64,000 nt of DNA. It comes from Takakia lepidozioides (taxonomy: Eukaryota; Plantae; Bryophyta). Below the pieces are notes generated by a model that ran no database searches, had not been told where the DNA came from, and was given only the letters and a program-made list of their open reading frames with translations. The stretch lies in contig CM060731.1 in NCBI GenBank assembly GCA_030704615.1, forward strand, positions 61,132,001-61,196,000, written 5' to 3'. Position numbers and translations under genes: made by a program. Shown here piece after piece: positions 37,201 through 49,100 of the stretch; positions within the stretch are counted from its first letter, which is position 1, and each line of letters opens with the position of its first letter.

Positions 37201-39107
37201 ATCATAGGACCAAATGGGTGTGGTAAGAGTACACTCTTGCGTATGGTAATGGGGACAGAGGAGCCCACATCTGGGGAAGTCATTGTTGGAGAACATCGGG
37301 TGGTTCCTAATTACTTCGAGCAGAATCAGGTGTGTCACTCTTTTGAAGCCTTATGACTGTTTCGTGGAGTTGGAAGTTTCATTCAATGCCAACCTGACAG
37401 TAAGTCAGGGGGTGATGGATTCCTTTACTACCCAGATAACAAACAATCATGAAGTCACATTGTCAAGGATAAACCTATCCAGTTGACATCAAATCAAAGG
37501 AATGCAAGCAGTGTTCCTACAAGAGTACACTAGCTGCCGCCTTGAGTTTATGCAAAAGAAGAGAGGCCAGACAGACAGTGTTATATAGCCTTCTCAGATG
37601 ACAGACAATCTGTGTAGCCCCTGGAGCGTCACAGAGAAGGCAATGCAGTGTCATATAGGTATCAAACAGTTTATCGTTTGTGCAATTTTTTTGAGCATGT
37701 GTGAATCCACTCGATGGCAGGCAGAGGCATTGGATCTGGAGAAAACAGTGCTCCAGACTGTGGAAGAAGCTGCAGAGGACTGGAGATTAAATGACATCAA
37801 AAGCCTTTTGGGTCGTTGCAATTTTAAATCGGATATGGTTAATCGGAAGGTTGCAATGCTTAGTGGTGGAGAAAAGGTAAAGTGTACATGAGGTTGCTAC
37901 ATCAGTTTATCTCACTGTTTGATTCTGTCAAACCTTAGGGTTTACTTGTAGTTCACTTTTTGGCAAACTGAAAGGTAGGTATCTTTTCCCAGCCTGCAGA
38001 ATATGAGAGCTGGAAGTTTAAGAAAATATATCTGCTTTACGTTGAATGATGCTGATGCAGTCCACTTCTCTTCCCCTGCAGGCACGATTGGCACTGTGCA
38101 AATTTATGGTTACCCCTTCAACTTTGCTTGTGCTGGATGAGCCGACTAATCATCTGGACATTCCTTCCAAGGAAATGCTTGAGGTAGGGGCTTTGTTGTG
38201 TTTGTAATATCTCTTTGAATGCATTGTCTCTACAAGGAATCAGGAGAACACTCCTGATAAGCATCAATGCAGTGATTGATGAATTACATGTCATTTGTGC
38301 AGGAAGCGCTGAGGGAGTACAGTGGGACAGTAATTGCAGTGTCCCATGATCGCTACTTTTTGCGGCAAATTGTAAACCGGGTGGTTGAAGTACAGGATAA
38401 GCGTCTTGCTGACTATGTTGGTGACTACAATGTATGCATGTCCTTCTGCCTCTCTCACCACTCTCAGCACCCCCCCTTTTTTTTTACTCACATGTGAGAT
38501 CTTGTCATATAGAAGGCAAAAGAGTGTCAAAGTGGAACCCGAAAGCCGATACGCGATATAATGAATCTTCTTCATCTGCAAGCTCAGGCACCTGATCTGC
38601 ACAACCTGATTATTGGTTGTTATACGGCTGCTGGATTTGCAGTATTATTTGGAGCAGAATTTGGAGGCACGTAAAAGAGAACTAGAACGGGAGGAGGAGC
38701 TTGATGCGAAAGCTCCGGTAGTAAAGGCGAAGTCGAAGATGTCCAAGGTGATTTACCATGATGTGCTCATACTCCCCTACAAATGCTGGCTATGACACAT
38801 TCCCTGCAAGATTTGTAGCGGGTGTGGGTTTGGGAATCAAGGGCATATATGAAATTTTAGGTTCGCGCACAGTCACAAATGTGATTCTCTGTTGCAAAGT
38901 ACCACTGTACTTAAAGAGTGAGTTTCTAGTTTTTGCTATTATGAGTGATAGGTTTGCTGAGGAATATAAAGAGCTGTTGATTGAACTACTGCTCAGCGGA
39001 TCCTATGGCAGGCTGAGAAGGAGCTACAAAAGAAGCAAAAGGCCCAATCATTTCAGTCAGGTAAAACCAAAGGGAAAGTGTCGAAGAATGCGAAGCGATG
39101 GAACTAA
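34295..39107 (+). CDS. ABCF5: ABC-F family ATPase, plastid ABCF5-like, with long N-terminal extension
   Basis: Two ABC cassettes: [16 protein letters not shown] and [11 protein letters not shown]; [15 protein letters not shown]|ARL and [11 protein letters not shown]. No TM domain. The C-terminus is SKNAKRWN* (stop 39105-39107). Confidence 0.93.
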
Positions 39108-41152
39108 GGAATACAGATGAAAGACTCTTATTGGGGTCCCTGATATGACCCGGTGGAGTGGGGATGGAGGGGAGCAGATCCTTCAGGTGACTGAAAGGTG
39201 TTCATTCGGCAACGTGTTCCAGCTGGAAAGGGATGTGGTCTACATGCAAAAGGTCAGACTGACAAAATTTGTCCTGGAAGCAGTGATGTGCATACGCTGG
39301 ATACTCAAACTGCTGAAGGTGCCGTGTAATGTATCTGTAGCTTACTTCATCGGAGGAGTTGATCTTCTCCTTACGCTTCGATGTCAAGGGGTCCTGCAAC
39401 ATCATGAGAAGAATAGTGATCAAATGCTTGGAAGTAAGGTCTGAGTCTAATAGGTCTGGCTACCGCGGTGCAAGTTGGCGGTTCTAAAAGTCGGCATGCA
39501 TGAGCGGTGTTGCGATACATATGGGGACGACTTAGTCATACCTCCAGAGTGGTCATCGGTTCATTCTGGTTCCTTAAATACAATAGAGTACCCTCACACT
39601 CACGATATTGTACAGCTTCTATGTGGAAGAAATTAGACAAACTTGGAGCACCAAATTTATTGCCGGAGGGCACAAGTCGTTGAAAAATGTCATGATTCAT
39701 AATGATGGGCCGGCGCAATTTACAGTATATATATATTTTATTCTGGTGAGTTACATCTTGCGTGTACCAATCCTCTTGGGGTAAAGGAACGTTTTCAGCA
39801 GTAGGAAGTCAATGTTAGGGGACTTCAACTTGCACTCTAGTAGGCGCTTGCCTTTCTGCAGTGTACAAAGATGAGCGATGTGCAATTGCAGTGGGAGGAA
39901 GTGCTGAGGGCTTGGACTTCGCAGTGGGTTCAGTTATGTCACTACTGTGGCCTGACCACGATGGGTTCTTGCGCAGGTGTGATCATTTGATTTTCTCTAG
40001 CTTGTGTCTGGACTGCAGCAGATGGACCACCTGACAAACCACTCAGACACGACTCAAATCAAATTCGGAATCTCGGGTACGTCCATAAAATCAGCAAGGT
40101 GTGAAAGATCTTTCCAACAGTCTGTGGCGTCCCCTTTCTTGATTGGGCCACTGTGAATTGGAAGTGTCAGATCAAATTTACCATCTAGGTGAATCTAATT
40201 TCCCATGTAGGCAGTATCATCTCATTGACATGACTCAGCGAACACTTTGCTGTTTATAATCCAATCCTCTTTTGCCAATACCTTAATTTTAAAATCTCAC
40301 TCAACGGTCCTCAGTGTAAAGCAGCCCTTGAGAGTGCTATGTAGCTGGAGTATATGCCCATTGGCAGCTAAAAGTTACGCATTGAATAATTTGTTAGGAA
40401 TTATCTGGTGACCTGCGGGTACTCTCCTCAGTTACACATCAACCCTTGATGTAAGAGTGGCTCACACCTTTGACACAGTCGACATGAGGCAGTGTGGTTG
40501 TCTCCAGTTTTGAAATCAGATAAAAAAGAAGATGGTTTCAACAAGTATGGAAGACACTGCAAATTCCCATCACCGCTTGTGACTACTATGGTACAATTAC
40601 ATTGTTGGAAAGAATTTGTGATCAACACGGCTCTATGGGTATCCCTCATGAAACAAAAGCTAGTCTCAATGTACAGCTATTACACGTGGCAATCTCGTAC
40701 TTCAGATTAACAGTTGCCTTCCACCAGACTATATGAGAGTCCCTCACTTCAGTCCTCATACCCAATCTGTGGTACCAGGATAGGGCCGCTCTTGACCCAG
40801 TCTGTTGGAAAAACTGCCCGTTCCCCCAATGTGATTGCCAACCGCGTGGCTGTAACGCTTCTTATGTGTAGTGGTCGACACACGACACCCTACCCTGCTG
40901 ACACTAGCTGTTTTGCCTGTTTTGCCCCTGAATGCCTGATCTCGTGGTCTGCTTTGGCTGTGGGAGAAAATTGGAATTTGCTGATTCCAAGTACAGCTTT
41001 AAACACGGCCAGATTTCTAACTAAGTAACGTAGGAGCTCTGCCCAACTTGCCTGCACTTCATTTAAAATGTTGAGCTCCAACAGAGGGATCAGAAGCCTC
41101 ACATGCGACGCCTCACAGAACCTTGCATCAAAGCTCGCCTCAGTACAGTATC

Positions 41153-41614
41153 TCACAACTTGGTAGTGTTGCTGAGCATCAATGCATACACCACAGACGC
41201 TGCCCACATGAAGTGTATTCCCATGGACTCATAGGTATACGTCATGGGGGTACCCAAGGAAAACTCACTATACATACGAATCAGGGTGACCAACACATGG
41301 TACGCCACAAAACACTTCGCTACTTTCCGAGCCAAGTCGCATGACTGCTGGGATCTATTCGGCTTGCTTCCGGGGCCTGGATGTTGCAGTGGAATGTTTC
41401 TGAAGCTCCAAAACAGATAAAGCAATGGGCCCAGAGTGATCCCTGTGGCTCGCACAAACATCTCCGCAATAGGGTCTGCGGCAAGGGGGTAGAGAGTGGT
41501 CTGGGAGATAATGAACCCCACAACCTCCACGCCCTGGATGACGATGTTGGAGATGTAGGCCCAGTAGACTATAGTTGCGGCCCTTTGGGTGTACTCGGAT
41601 TTGACACCAGCCAT
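41153..41614 (-). CDS. Intronless orphan small membrane protein (~153 aa, ~4 TM helices), unknown function
   Basis: From MAGVKSEY there are four hydrophobic segments (IVYWAYISNIVIQGVEVVGFII; MFVRATGITLGPLLYLFW; VAKCFVAYHVLVTLI; MGIHFMWAASVVYALML) separated by polar loops. Confidence 0.55.
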   Translation of the reverse strand: MAGVKSEYTQRAATIVYWAYISNIVIQGVEVVGFIISQTTLYPLAADPIAEMFVRATGITLGPLLYLFWSFRNIPLQHPGPGSKPNRSQQSCDLARKVAKCFVAYHVLVTLIRMYSEFSLGTPMTYTYESMGIHFMWAASVVYALMLSNTTKL

Positions 41615-41817
41615 AATAGTGATCACAGCTGGTTCCCAGCTGTGTAGAGTCGAGTCAGGCGGGTCTAGTAGCTGTGTGAAACACCTCGTCTGCTTCAAGT
41701 CTGGGAAAGCAACAAACTGTGTAGTAGCTGAGCTGAGGACAGACAGGAATGCTGCCGGAGAGCGAGAGTGAGGAGTTCGGGGGTGATATAGAATGGAACC
41801 GGTTTGCTCACAAGCCA

Positions 41818-42059
41818 CCCAAATTCTCCGATTGCTGCTCACTTTGCGGTTGATCTCTCTGGGAAAGGGGAGAGAAGCATCTTGAAACTCTTACGAAGAA
41901 CCCTTCTGATTGCAAGACGACGACGTTTGTTTGTCGCCCCAAATTCTCCGATTGCTGCTGACCTTGCGGGTGATCTCTCTGAAAAAGGGGGGAGAGAAGC
42001 ATCTTGAAACTCTTACGAAGATCCCTTCTGGTTGCAAGACGACGACGTTTGTTTGTCGC
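41818..42059. repeat. ~120-bp tandem duplication upstream of the orphan 4-TM ORF
   Basis: cccaaattctccgattgctgct...gacgacgacgtttgtttgtcgc occurs at 41818-41938 and again at 41938-42059. Confidence 0.9.
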
Positions 42060-42794
42060 TACTTGTGGGTCTTCCGGTTAAGCATACCTGGTGACTGAAT
42101 ACAGCCAGTAATTATATGCTCAAAACACCAACGAGGATCTCCTCATTTCTTGTTACATTTCAGTTGCAACAAACAGTGATGTCTGATAAAACTCTTAGAA
42201 AGTTTGAAGCAACAGAAACCTGACTGCCTCACATGCTCGAGGGTTTGAGTAACGATTACTATGAAGAGCACCTCATGAGCTACCAATGGTGACTGTCAAC
42301 TGCTACTTGATCACCATAACTCCAAGCCTGAAGTCCGGAGATGATCAATCGACCTAATAACTACATCACTTTCGATCAGCTATCATACTCTTCACATCCC
42401 ACAACAAGCTACTAATTCAGTGACTGCAAGTTGAAAGCTCCAAAAACCCATGCCATAGTCACTTTTGAGTGCACACACAGTTTCCATCTTCGTCATCCGA
42501 AGATGGTAGACCCCATGGAACACCTAAGAGGATTCATTTTCAAGATACTCGAGCTGCCTGCGAACATGTCATCACTCTCAATTGCTCATTTTACAACCAC
42601 AGACTTATGGTGGTATGATATGATGAAAAGGCTCTATTCATGAGATCAAATGGAATCTCTCGTAATCATCTCTAATCAGTACTGTAAACTATTGTTGTCA
42701 TCGATGTGTGTAGCGGGGTTTTACTGATACAAAAGACTCCTATGTGACTAGAATCGAGTGAAGTTGAAAGCATGTCCTCATCCTCTCCACAAAA

Positions 42795-42810
42795 TTAGGG
42801 TTAGGGTTTG
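42795..42810. promoter_or_regulatory. Telo-box-like element (AAACCCTAA on the minus strand)
   Basis: ttagggttagggtttg lies ~230 bp upstream of the ATG at 43042. Confidence 0.45.
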
Positions 42811-43041
42811 GAGGGATGTATGTAAAACTCTATCTCGTTGAGCGAATGGCTACTCGTTGCACCAAACGGCACGCTCTGCATACTGGAGAGATTGCAGAGA
42901 GATCGAGTCTGGGTTGAAGGCGAGGGGTAGATCCCAGGGAAATGGAGGGATGTGTATGTTTGTATAGAGAGAGAGAGGGTTGAAAATTTTGGTGTGGGGA
43001 GAGAGAGAGAGAGAGACAGAGAGTTTTGCAACGAGAGAAAG

Positions 43042-44707
43042 ATGAACAAGTTCAATCTGCCTAGGCGCAATATCCAGAAGGAGAGGCGTGCCAAGCGGGC
43101 TGAGAAGCGCCGCCTTCGATCCAGCGCTGCTACTAGTAAAGTCTCGAATGTGGTGCCCCCACGTACTGTGTCCGGCAAGAAGCAACGAAAACTCCAGAAG
43201 AAATGGCGCAAGGTATGACAGTCTGGTCGCACCCTCCCTTCTTCTCCAAGGGGGAAAGTATTTGTTATTAGAGACGGAACAATGGACTTGTTTGATGCTC
43301 ATTCTCTTTCTCGTGTGGGCCTTAGCAACCTTGGGGTGTACCTGCCTTGGCCGCTAATCCTCATAGAGGCGGTCCGAGTCTGCTCTCAATCATGAGCACC
43401 CGTGCACAACCAAACAACGAGCTGGCTGTGGATGATGTAAAGTATCAAATGAAACCACGGAGCTATCAGCCCTGCCGCAGTAACCCTCCTCTTGAACGCA
43501 GATGTGACACATACGGGTGTGATTTCATTCCAGTGACTTCACAGTTAACAGAGGCTCGTCTAGGAGAAAACAAAAACTTCCAGGGCAGATTACAGAACTA
43601 GGTTTCAGTAGTCCAGACCTTATTTGAGCATTCAGCTGAAGAATTTCCCTGACGTGTGGACGGGCAAGAACCCATTGTGTGCAGAACGCATGTGCCCACC
43701 ATGGGTATGGTGACTTTACACTGCTTCCAGCGTTAGGAGTGAAGAACATGGAAACGAACGTAGTTTGGGATTTGCAGCAGTGACATTCGATAGCTGTGAA
43801 AGCCAATTCTCTGTACATTATATAAATTACTTCAGTGTCCGAAAACAAAGGATTCACAAGCAGCTCTTGGACTCATCGTAAGTTGAGAATACAAAATTAT
43901 GGTCGACCTAAGTAGTTTGTAAAAGGGGAAAAAAAAAAAAAAAAAAAAAACCCCCCCTCCGTGCGAGAGAGTCATGAAGCAAGCCAGAGTTAAGGCTGTT
44001 TGCAGACGCAGAAGGAGGCTTTGCAAAGTGGATTGCTGACCATTCAAGATATTGAGATGATGGCTGTGGATGAAGAAGGTATGTATTCATTCTTTTGCTG
44101 GTCAGTCTGATCATAGTGCTATGTGAAGGAGATTTCTATGCTGGTTGTACTGTCCAAAATGCAACAGACTTGGTGTCTTGGGTCTCCTCATCGCAAAGAT
44201 ACTCAAAATGCTTTATCAAGGTGTTTCTGAAACAGTCTTTGGTACCAGGCAGGAATGGTTGACAGATCTCCTTATCAGCTTTGGATCTCCTGCAGACATG
44301 TTAGAGTTTCATTTGCTTTCTTTCTTTTTCTCTCTCATTTGATGTGTGATGGCTTGGTTAGGTGGAGAGGGCCAAGGGTCATCGCATCGAAGGAGCATAA
44401 AGACTACAAATGGGTTTCATATCAAGAAACGTGCCAAACTGAGGATCAAAGGCTCTAGTCATGTCAAAGGTATGGAACAGTTTCATGATTATGAATCCCA
44501 GTGAGAACTGGCTAATGTTAGATTTTCCAAAGTACTGATGGGGAAAACCTTTATCTTCCCTAATTTCCAATTTACAGGTGCAGCTAGAACTTTCCCTCAA
44601 CAGATTCACGTGCTGATTGACATTTGTTTGATGTTGCAGGGAAACAAGTCAGTGAAGTTATGGATCTGCCTCCAACAGATGCAGAAGGGGATGCAATGAT
44701 CCAATGA
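43042..44707 (+). CDS. Small basic conserved plant protein of unknown function (possibly nucleolar/ribosome biogenesis), 4 exons
   Basis: Exons 43042-43212, 44006-44078, 44362-44469 and 44640-44707 join in frame: ...VSGKKQRKLQKKWRK|TQKEALQSGLLTIQDIEMMA...FHIKKRAKLRIK...DAMIQ*. This resembles a recalled plant family (SGK++RKL.KKWR+.QKEA+..GL+T+.D+EM). Confidence 0.8.
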
Positions 44708-46173
44708 TGAAATGACACGAGTCCTATTATCAACCAGACCATTTTAGAAAAATAGTGAATCAGTTGATGCTTTGTAAACTCTCAGAGAGATTTGATGAAT
44801 GGCAACTAGGCAACGCAGTGCCTTGCAAGAGAAAATGGGTTTTCTGCGAAGGTTCACTGCTGTTGCTTTGATCTCTCATTATGTCTGTAACGAGTTCAAG
44901 CAGTCATCATTTTGCAAAGTTGAAAGATGAGGACTTGCCACAAAAGATGTGTCCTTAGCTTTGGCTTTGCTTCATATGGGAGGATTCCCAATGTCACATC
45001 TAATTGATGCTGCACTTTCTTGGAAAAAACTCAACTGACGAAGCTGAATCCCTCAGGACTAGTGGATATGATAAGCTAGCCTAAATCTAAAGGATAGGGT
45101 ATCTGTCTATGAGGATGATCATTGTAAGATAGAAACTTTTTGAGTTAAGTGAGGTAATTTGAAAATGCAATGACCACCAATAATTCCATTCCTCATTCAT
45201 ACAAGTGAATAAGGGCCTCTTTCCATGTGACCCCTTGATCGGGAAGGCAGCACTCCATGGGTCAAGACTGGAGATGGGCCTTGCTATGTGCAACCCACCT
45301 TCCCCGTGCAATTGATAAGTTCTACAGTCAGTTTGTCCAAGTTTTGATTCTATGTTGGCTGTTTTGCTTCTATGCACAGAACAACTGGCTGTAGGTCATA
45401 GGGATTGCAAAGACTTATTATAACAAGTCATAGAGCTGCCTGTCACCCGTGTTGCTCAAGTGTCCGCAATTTACTGTGGCTACAAACCCCCTTCTGGGGT
45501 TGAGGGAGTGTCCGGGTCATGGTACAAGGCATTTTTGACCCGCACTGATGTACACGCATGACCTCAACCTCACCCCCTGAGGGCTGAGGGGGAATTGAAC
45601 TTTGTTGAGAGGATGAGCAGCTAAAACTCTTCAGGTTCGGAAATGAGAATGTAGTCAAACCTACAGGTTCTGACAAATTTGGTAGGGTTTGGCACCATTA
45701 AGGTAGCTTGGGACATAGGTTTGGGCTTGGTTCGCAGTTGTACCATACATACAGTCACATGGGTAACAAGTGGTTAAGTATAGTCTACACATGCATAGCT
45801 GGATCCATAGCTTCCTTACCTCTACAATCAGGCCTAGCAAAATCAAATTCATGCATTGTCAGTATTGTGTAAGTGCCCATATGTGTGAGGTTCCCTTGTG
45901 CTTTTTATCAATGCATTTCAATGGCCTCCATCCCTAATAAGGTTATTAAATCAGCACACTGTTTCATTGGATTACCTGTCAAAATTGCAAGTTTGAAGTC
46001 CACATCACTTCCGTGGATGTCCTACTGGAAGCCGGGGTCCCGCATGAATTCATTGGGAAAAGTTGTAGGTGGTAGTTCAAAGTCTAGTACACAGCTCACA
46101 TGCAGATATCTTTTGAATCTTTAAGAAGAAAACAGCTACTTAAACTGTCAATTCTTCCAAGGGAATTGTAGTG

Positions 46174-49100
46174 TCAGTGCCTTACTCTGGCCTTGGCTGA
46201 CTTGAGAAAGGTCTGGAGTGCATGGAGCCGTGAGTCAATGTCCAACACCTCCTTATCCTCATGTAGTCCCATCTCAGTTACAACACTGTATCGGCCTGTG
46301 AAAGGCCCAGCAGCACTTCAAACAATAGTAAGCTTTGGTGCACAAGGTGATATCTAGCTGAATATACTCAACACAACTGGAAATTGTGTGCCCACCTAAA
46401 AGTGACTATGGCCCGGTCTGTCTGACAAGGCTCTCCGGAGCTTTTCATGACTTAGAACCTTGGCATTTTACCCACTTATTTTCTGGTTTGTGTAAAGCAA
46501 CTTACTACAGAGGTAAGGTAGGTTGTATCATTTGTCATCGAAGTTTCAGGAGCAACTAGTGAAATGCGAGAAATAAGAGAGAAGGTTTGCCATCTAAATT
46601 TTCACTATTCCCCTGAGAAAGCTGAGTTTGCCCATGATAGTGCAGGCCTGGCCATGAAATCATCCTTATGTAGAATAATTGGGTCAAGGTTTGTGCTTGA
46701 ATAAGGGTTTGACCTGGCCTCGGGGAGGAGTTCCCACTTAAGTCTTTGAGGCTTGCTGTTGTATGTGATCCATGGGAATCAGTGTCGCTCAGTTCAATGC
46801 CCTCCATTTTGGCATATCTTTTCACGTTAAGTAACCAGGGTGGGTCAACGACATACCGTCAAGTACCTTTCATCCTCCACTAGAAAGACTACAAAAAATT
46901 GAGATGAATCTATTCAGAACTTGACATAGCAAGCTTGCCAAATTCACAGCTGCACCTTAGACAATGCCAATTATGTGGCAAATCCAAAACTCCTTTGCTC
47001 GGTGATAGAACACCATGCATGAGGAGGATACTTAGCAAGCTTTGCCTTCACATCCCTCAAAACTGTGCCCGGTGAACTTCCTCTGGATGCATTCAGACCA
47101 ATCCCTTGCAAGCTCAGCTGTTTAACCAAAAGCCCAATTATGAGTGCATGTCTAAGTTGTGGGGAGGTTTGAGCACGCATGCCATCATTTAAAAGCAGGC
47201 TGGCAAGCTTAGTCATTGTTAGTTTCTTATTACATTCTTACCCCTGGAGGGATGCTGATCTTAAAACAAACAAACATAATCAAAGCAAATCCTGTGGTTG
47301 TCTTGCAGCCACAAATTGCACATTCACAGATAGTTATAGAAGATATGCAATGGATGGTAGGGTCATCTGACGGTGTTTAGGCTACCTCGTTTTCATCGTC
47401 GCTAGTGAGACCATTAGGGGTTGAAGCAGTGCCACTGCCCTTCTTGCTTTCCGGAACTCGTAATGGATGCAGACCAACTTTACCTCTCCTGGAAAATGCA
47501 CCATCCTTGGATGTTATGAAACTAAACAGTTTTCAGTCATGTTGCGAAAAAGTGGAAGGTTCTTGAAACACATTGTTGGCACTCAATTCAGGTTCATATG
47601 CCAGCTGAAATAGGTTCAAGAAAGCTTGTCACAATTGCCATCTTCAGAAGGATTGGATGGCATCAGTGGGCAAAACTGTTGCATATCCTTCTCGTCCAAT
47701 AGTGTGCATATGATTGTCCAACGACTGAAAGGAAATTTATTTGAGCTGAAGCTTATTACTGCAAGGATATCTATCTATGCCCTACCAGCTCATTCACTTG
47801 TTAAAACTATGAAGTTTCCACTGCTTCCATAAATTAGAATCTATGCATAAATTAAGCATCAAAGCGTCAGAATGGTCAGATTAGATTGCTGAAAGTAAAA
47901 AGTTTGAAGTACCGGATCCTGTCAGGAGAGAGTTTGGCATTTGCTGTGTTGTATATCATCTTTTCCCTGGCTCTTCCTGTCTTTGCAAGCTAGGAAAGAC
48001 CCAAACAAAACCAAGGGAACACCACCTTTTCTTAGTAAACATGTCCACCTGAATTAAAAAAATGCACACTCGGACAAATTAAGCGACCCCTCGTAAATTA
48101 GTAGTGAGCTAGTTCACAGATCCAAATCTATAAGACCAGGGCATGATTCTTTTATTCTGGTCCAGACTAAAGCAAAATATTACACTGACATATCTGTACA
48201 CATTCTTAGTATTGAAATTGAAGGCAATCTAGCAGTCTGTGCGTTGAACTGTAATGATTTCAAACAGCAGTTGTGGACTTCTAAGCGATCACCTCGCTCA
48301 GTGCACTGCCCCCATGTACAGATAGAGCGTTTTGTGATGACACTGCACACAGCTGGCGGGCTCTCACACCACTGGATCCAACACTCCTTGAAATTGCCCT
48401 GTTTTCAGCACCGCTATGACTCCCCTCTCTCTGGTTTAGTGATGATTTTTTTTCTGGAAATATGGAAAGATAGTTTTTTTGCTCTACTTTCTTCAAGGCA
48501 CAAGAATGCCAGTTTGGGCGGAATAAAAAGAGAGAGAAATGAAATGAAATGGAACTTCAGAGAGAATGTACTCATAAGATTGTTTGCCGTTGTTTGCCGA
48601 GAAATGGAACTTCAGAGAGAGAGAGAGATGTTTTGAGTACGTTACCTATCATAAGGGTCCGTTGACCGAGCTGATGAAGGCTGAGATTGCACTGCATGCT
48701 GGCCTCTAAGCTCCTTCAGAGATCGTCCCCTGGGATCAACATTATTCGCACGGCGGCTTGAATAGGCAGCGGATCCAAAAGAGGGGCAAGAAGATGGTCG
48801 AGAGCCTGCATGGTGTTTGATTGATTTTAGCGCAACAAAAGTCTGCACATATTTGTCAACTCTATAAGGTCTATGCCACGAACTGGAGCATCTACATATC
48901 CATTGAAGGGCGCATTCATATTGGTACTTTCTAATGCTTTTCACATTTCTAATGCATCTCTAAGGTAAATTCCTGGTTCTTCCAGAAATGGAAAGAGGGG
49001 GAGGGACTCTAGCTATCAGTTCTTCTATACCTGGGGTGATACGACCACCGGCTGGGGAGTTTGCTCGACTAGACAAAGGTGTTGACCTCCGGCTTCGGTT

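Noticed and set aside
1866-39107. Functional cluster of organelle genes (PPR-DYW, OEP21, APO, AFG1, ABCF5)
   Set aside because: Organelle-targeted genes are common in plant genomes, these share no pathway, and Yip1 is interspersed.
43420-43660. Possible intronic C/D snoRNA (ggatgatg ... ctga)
   Set aside because: No terminal stem or recognisable rRNA antisense element.
45495-45590. Imperfect inverted repeat (ggggttgagg...ggtcatg / catgacctcaacctcacccc) as a miRNA or MITE
   Set aside because: Pairing is short and interrupted, with no other support.
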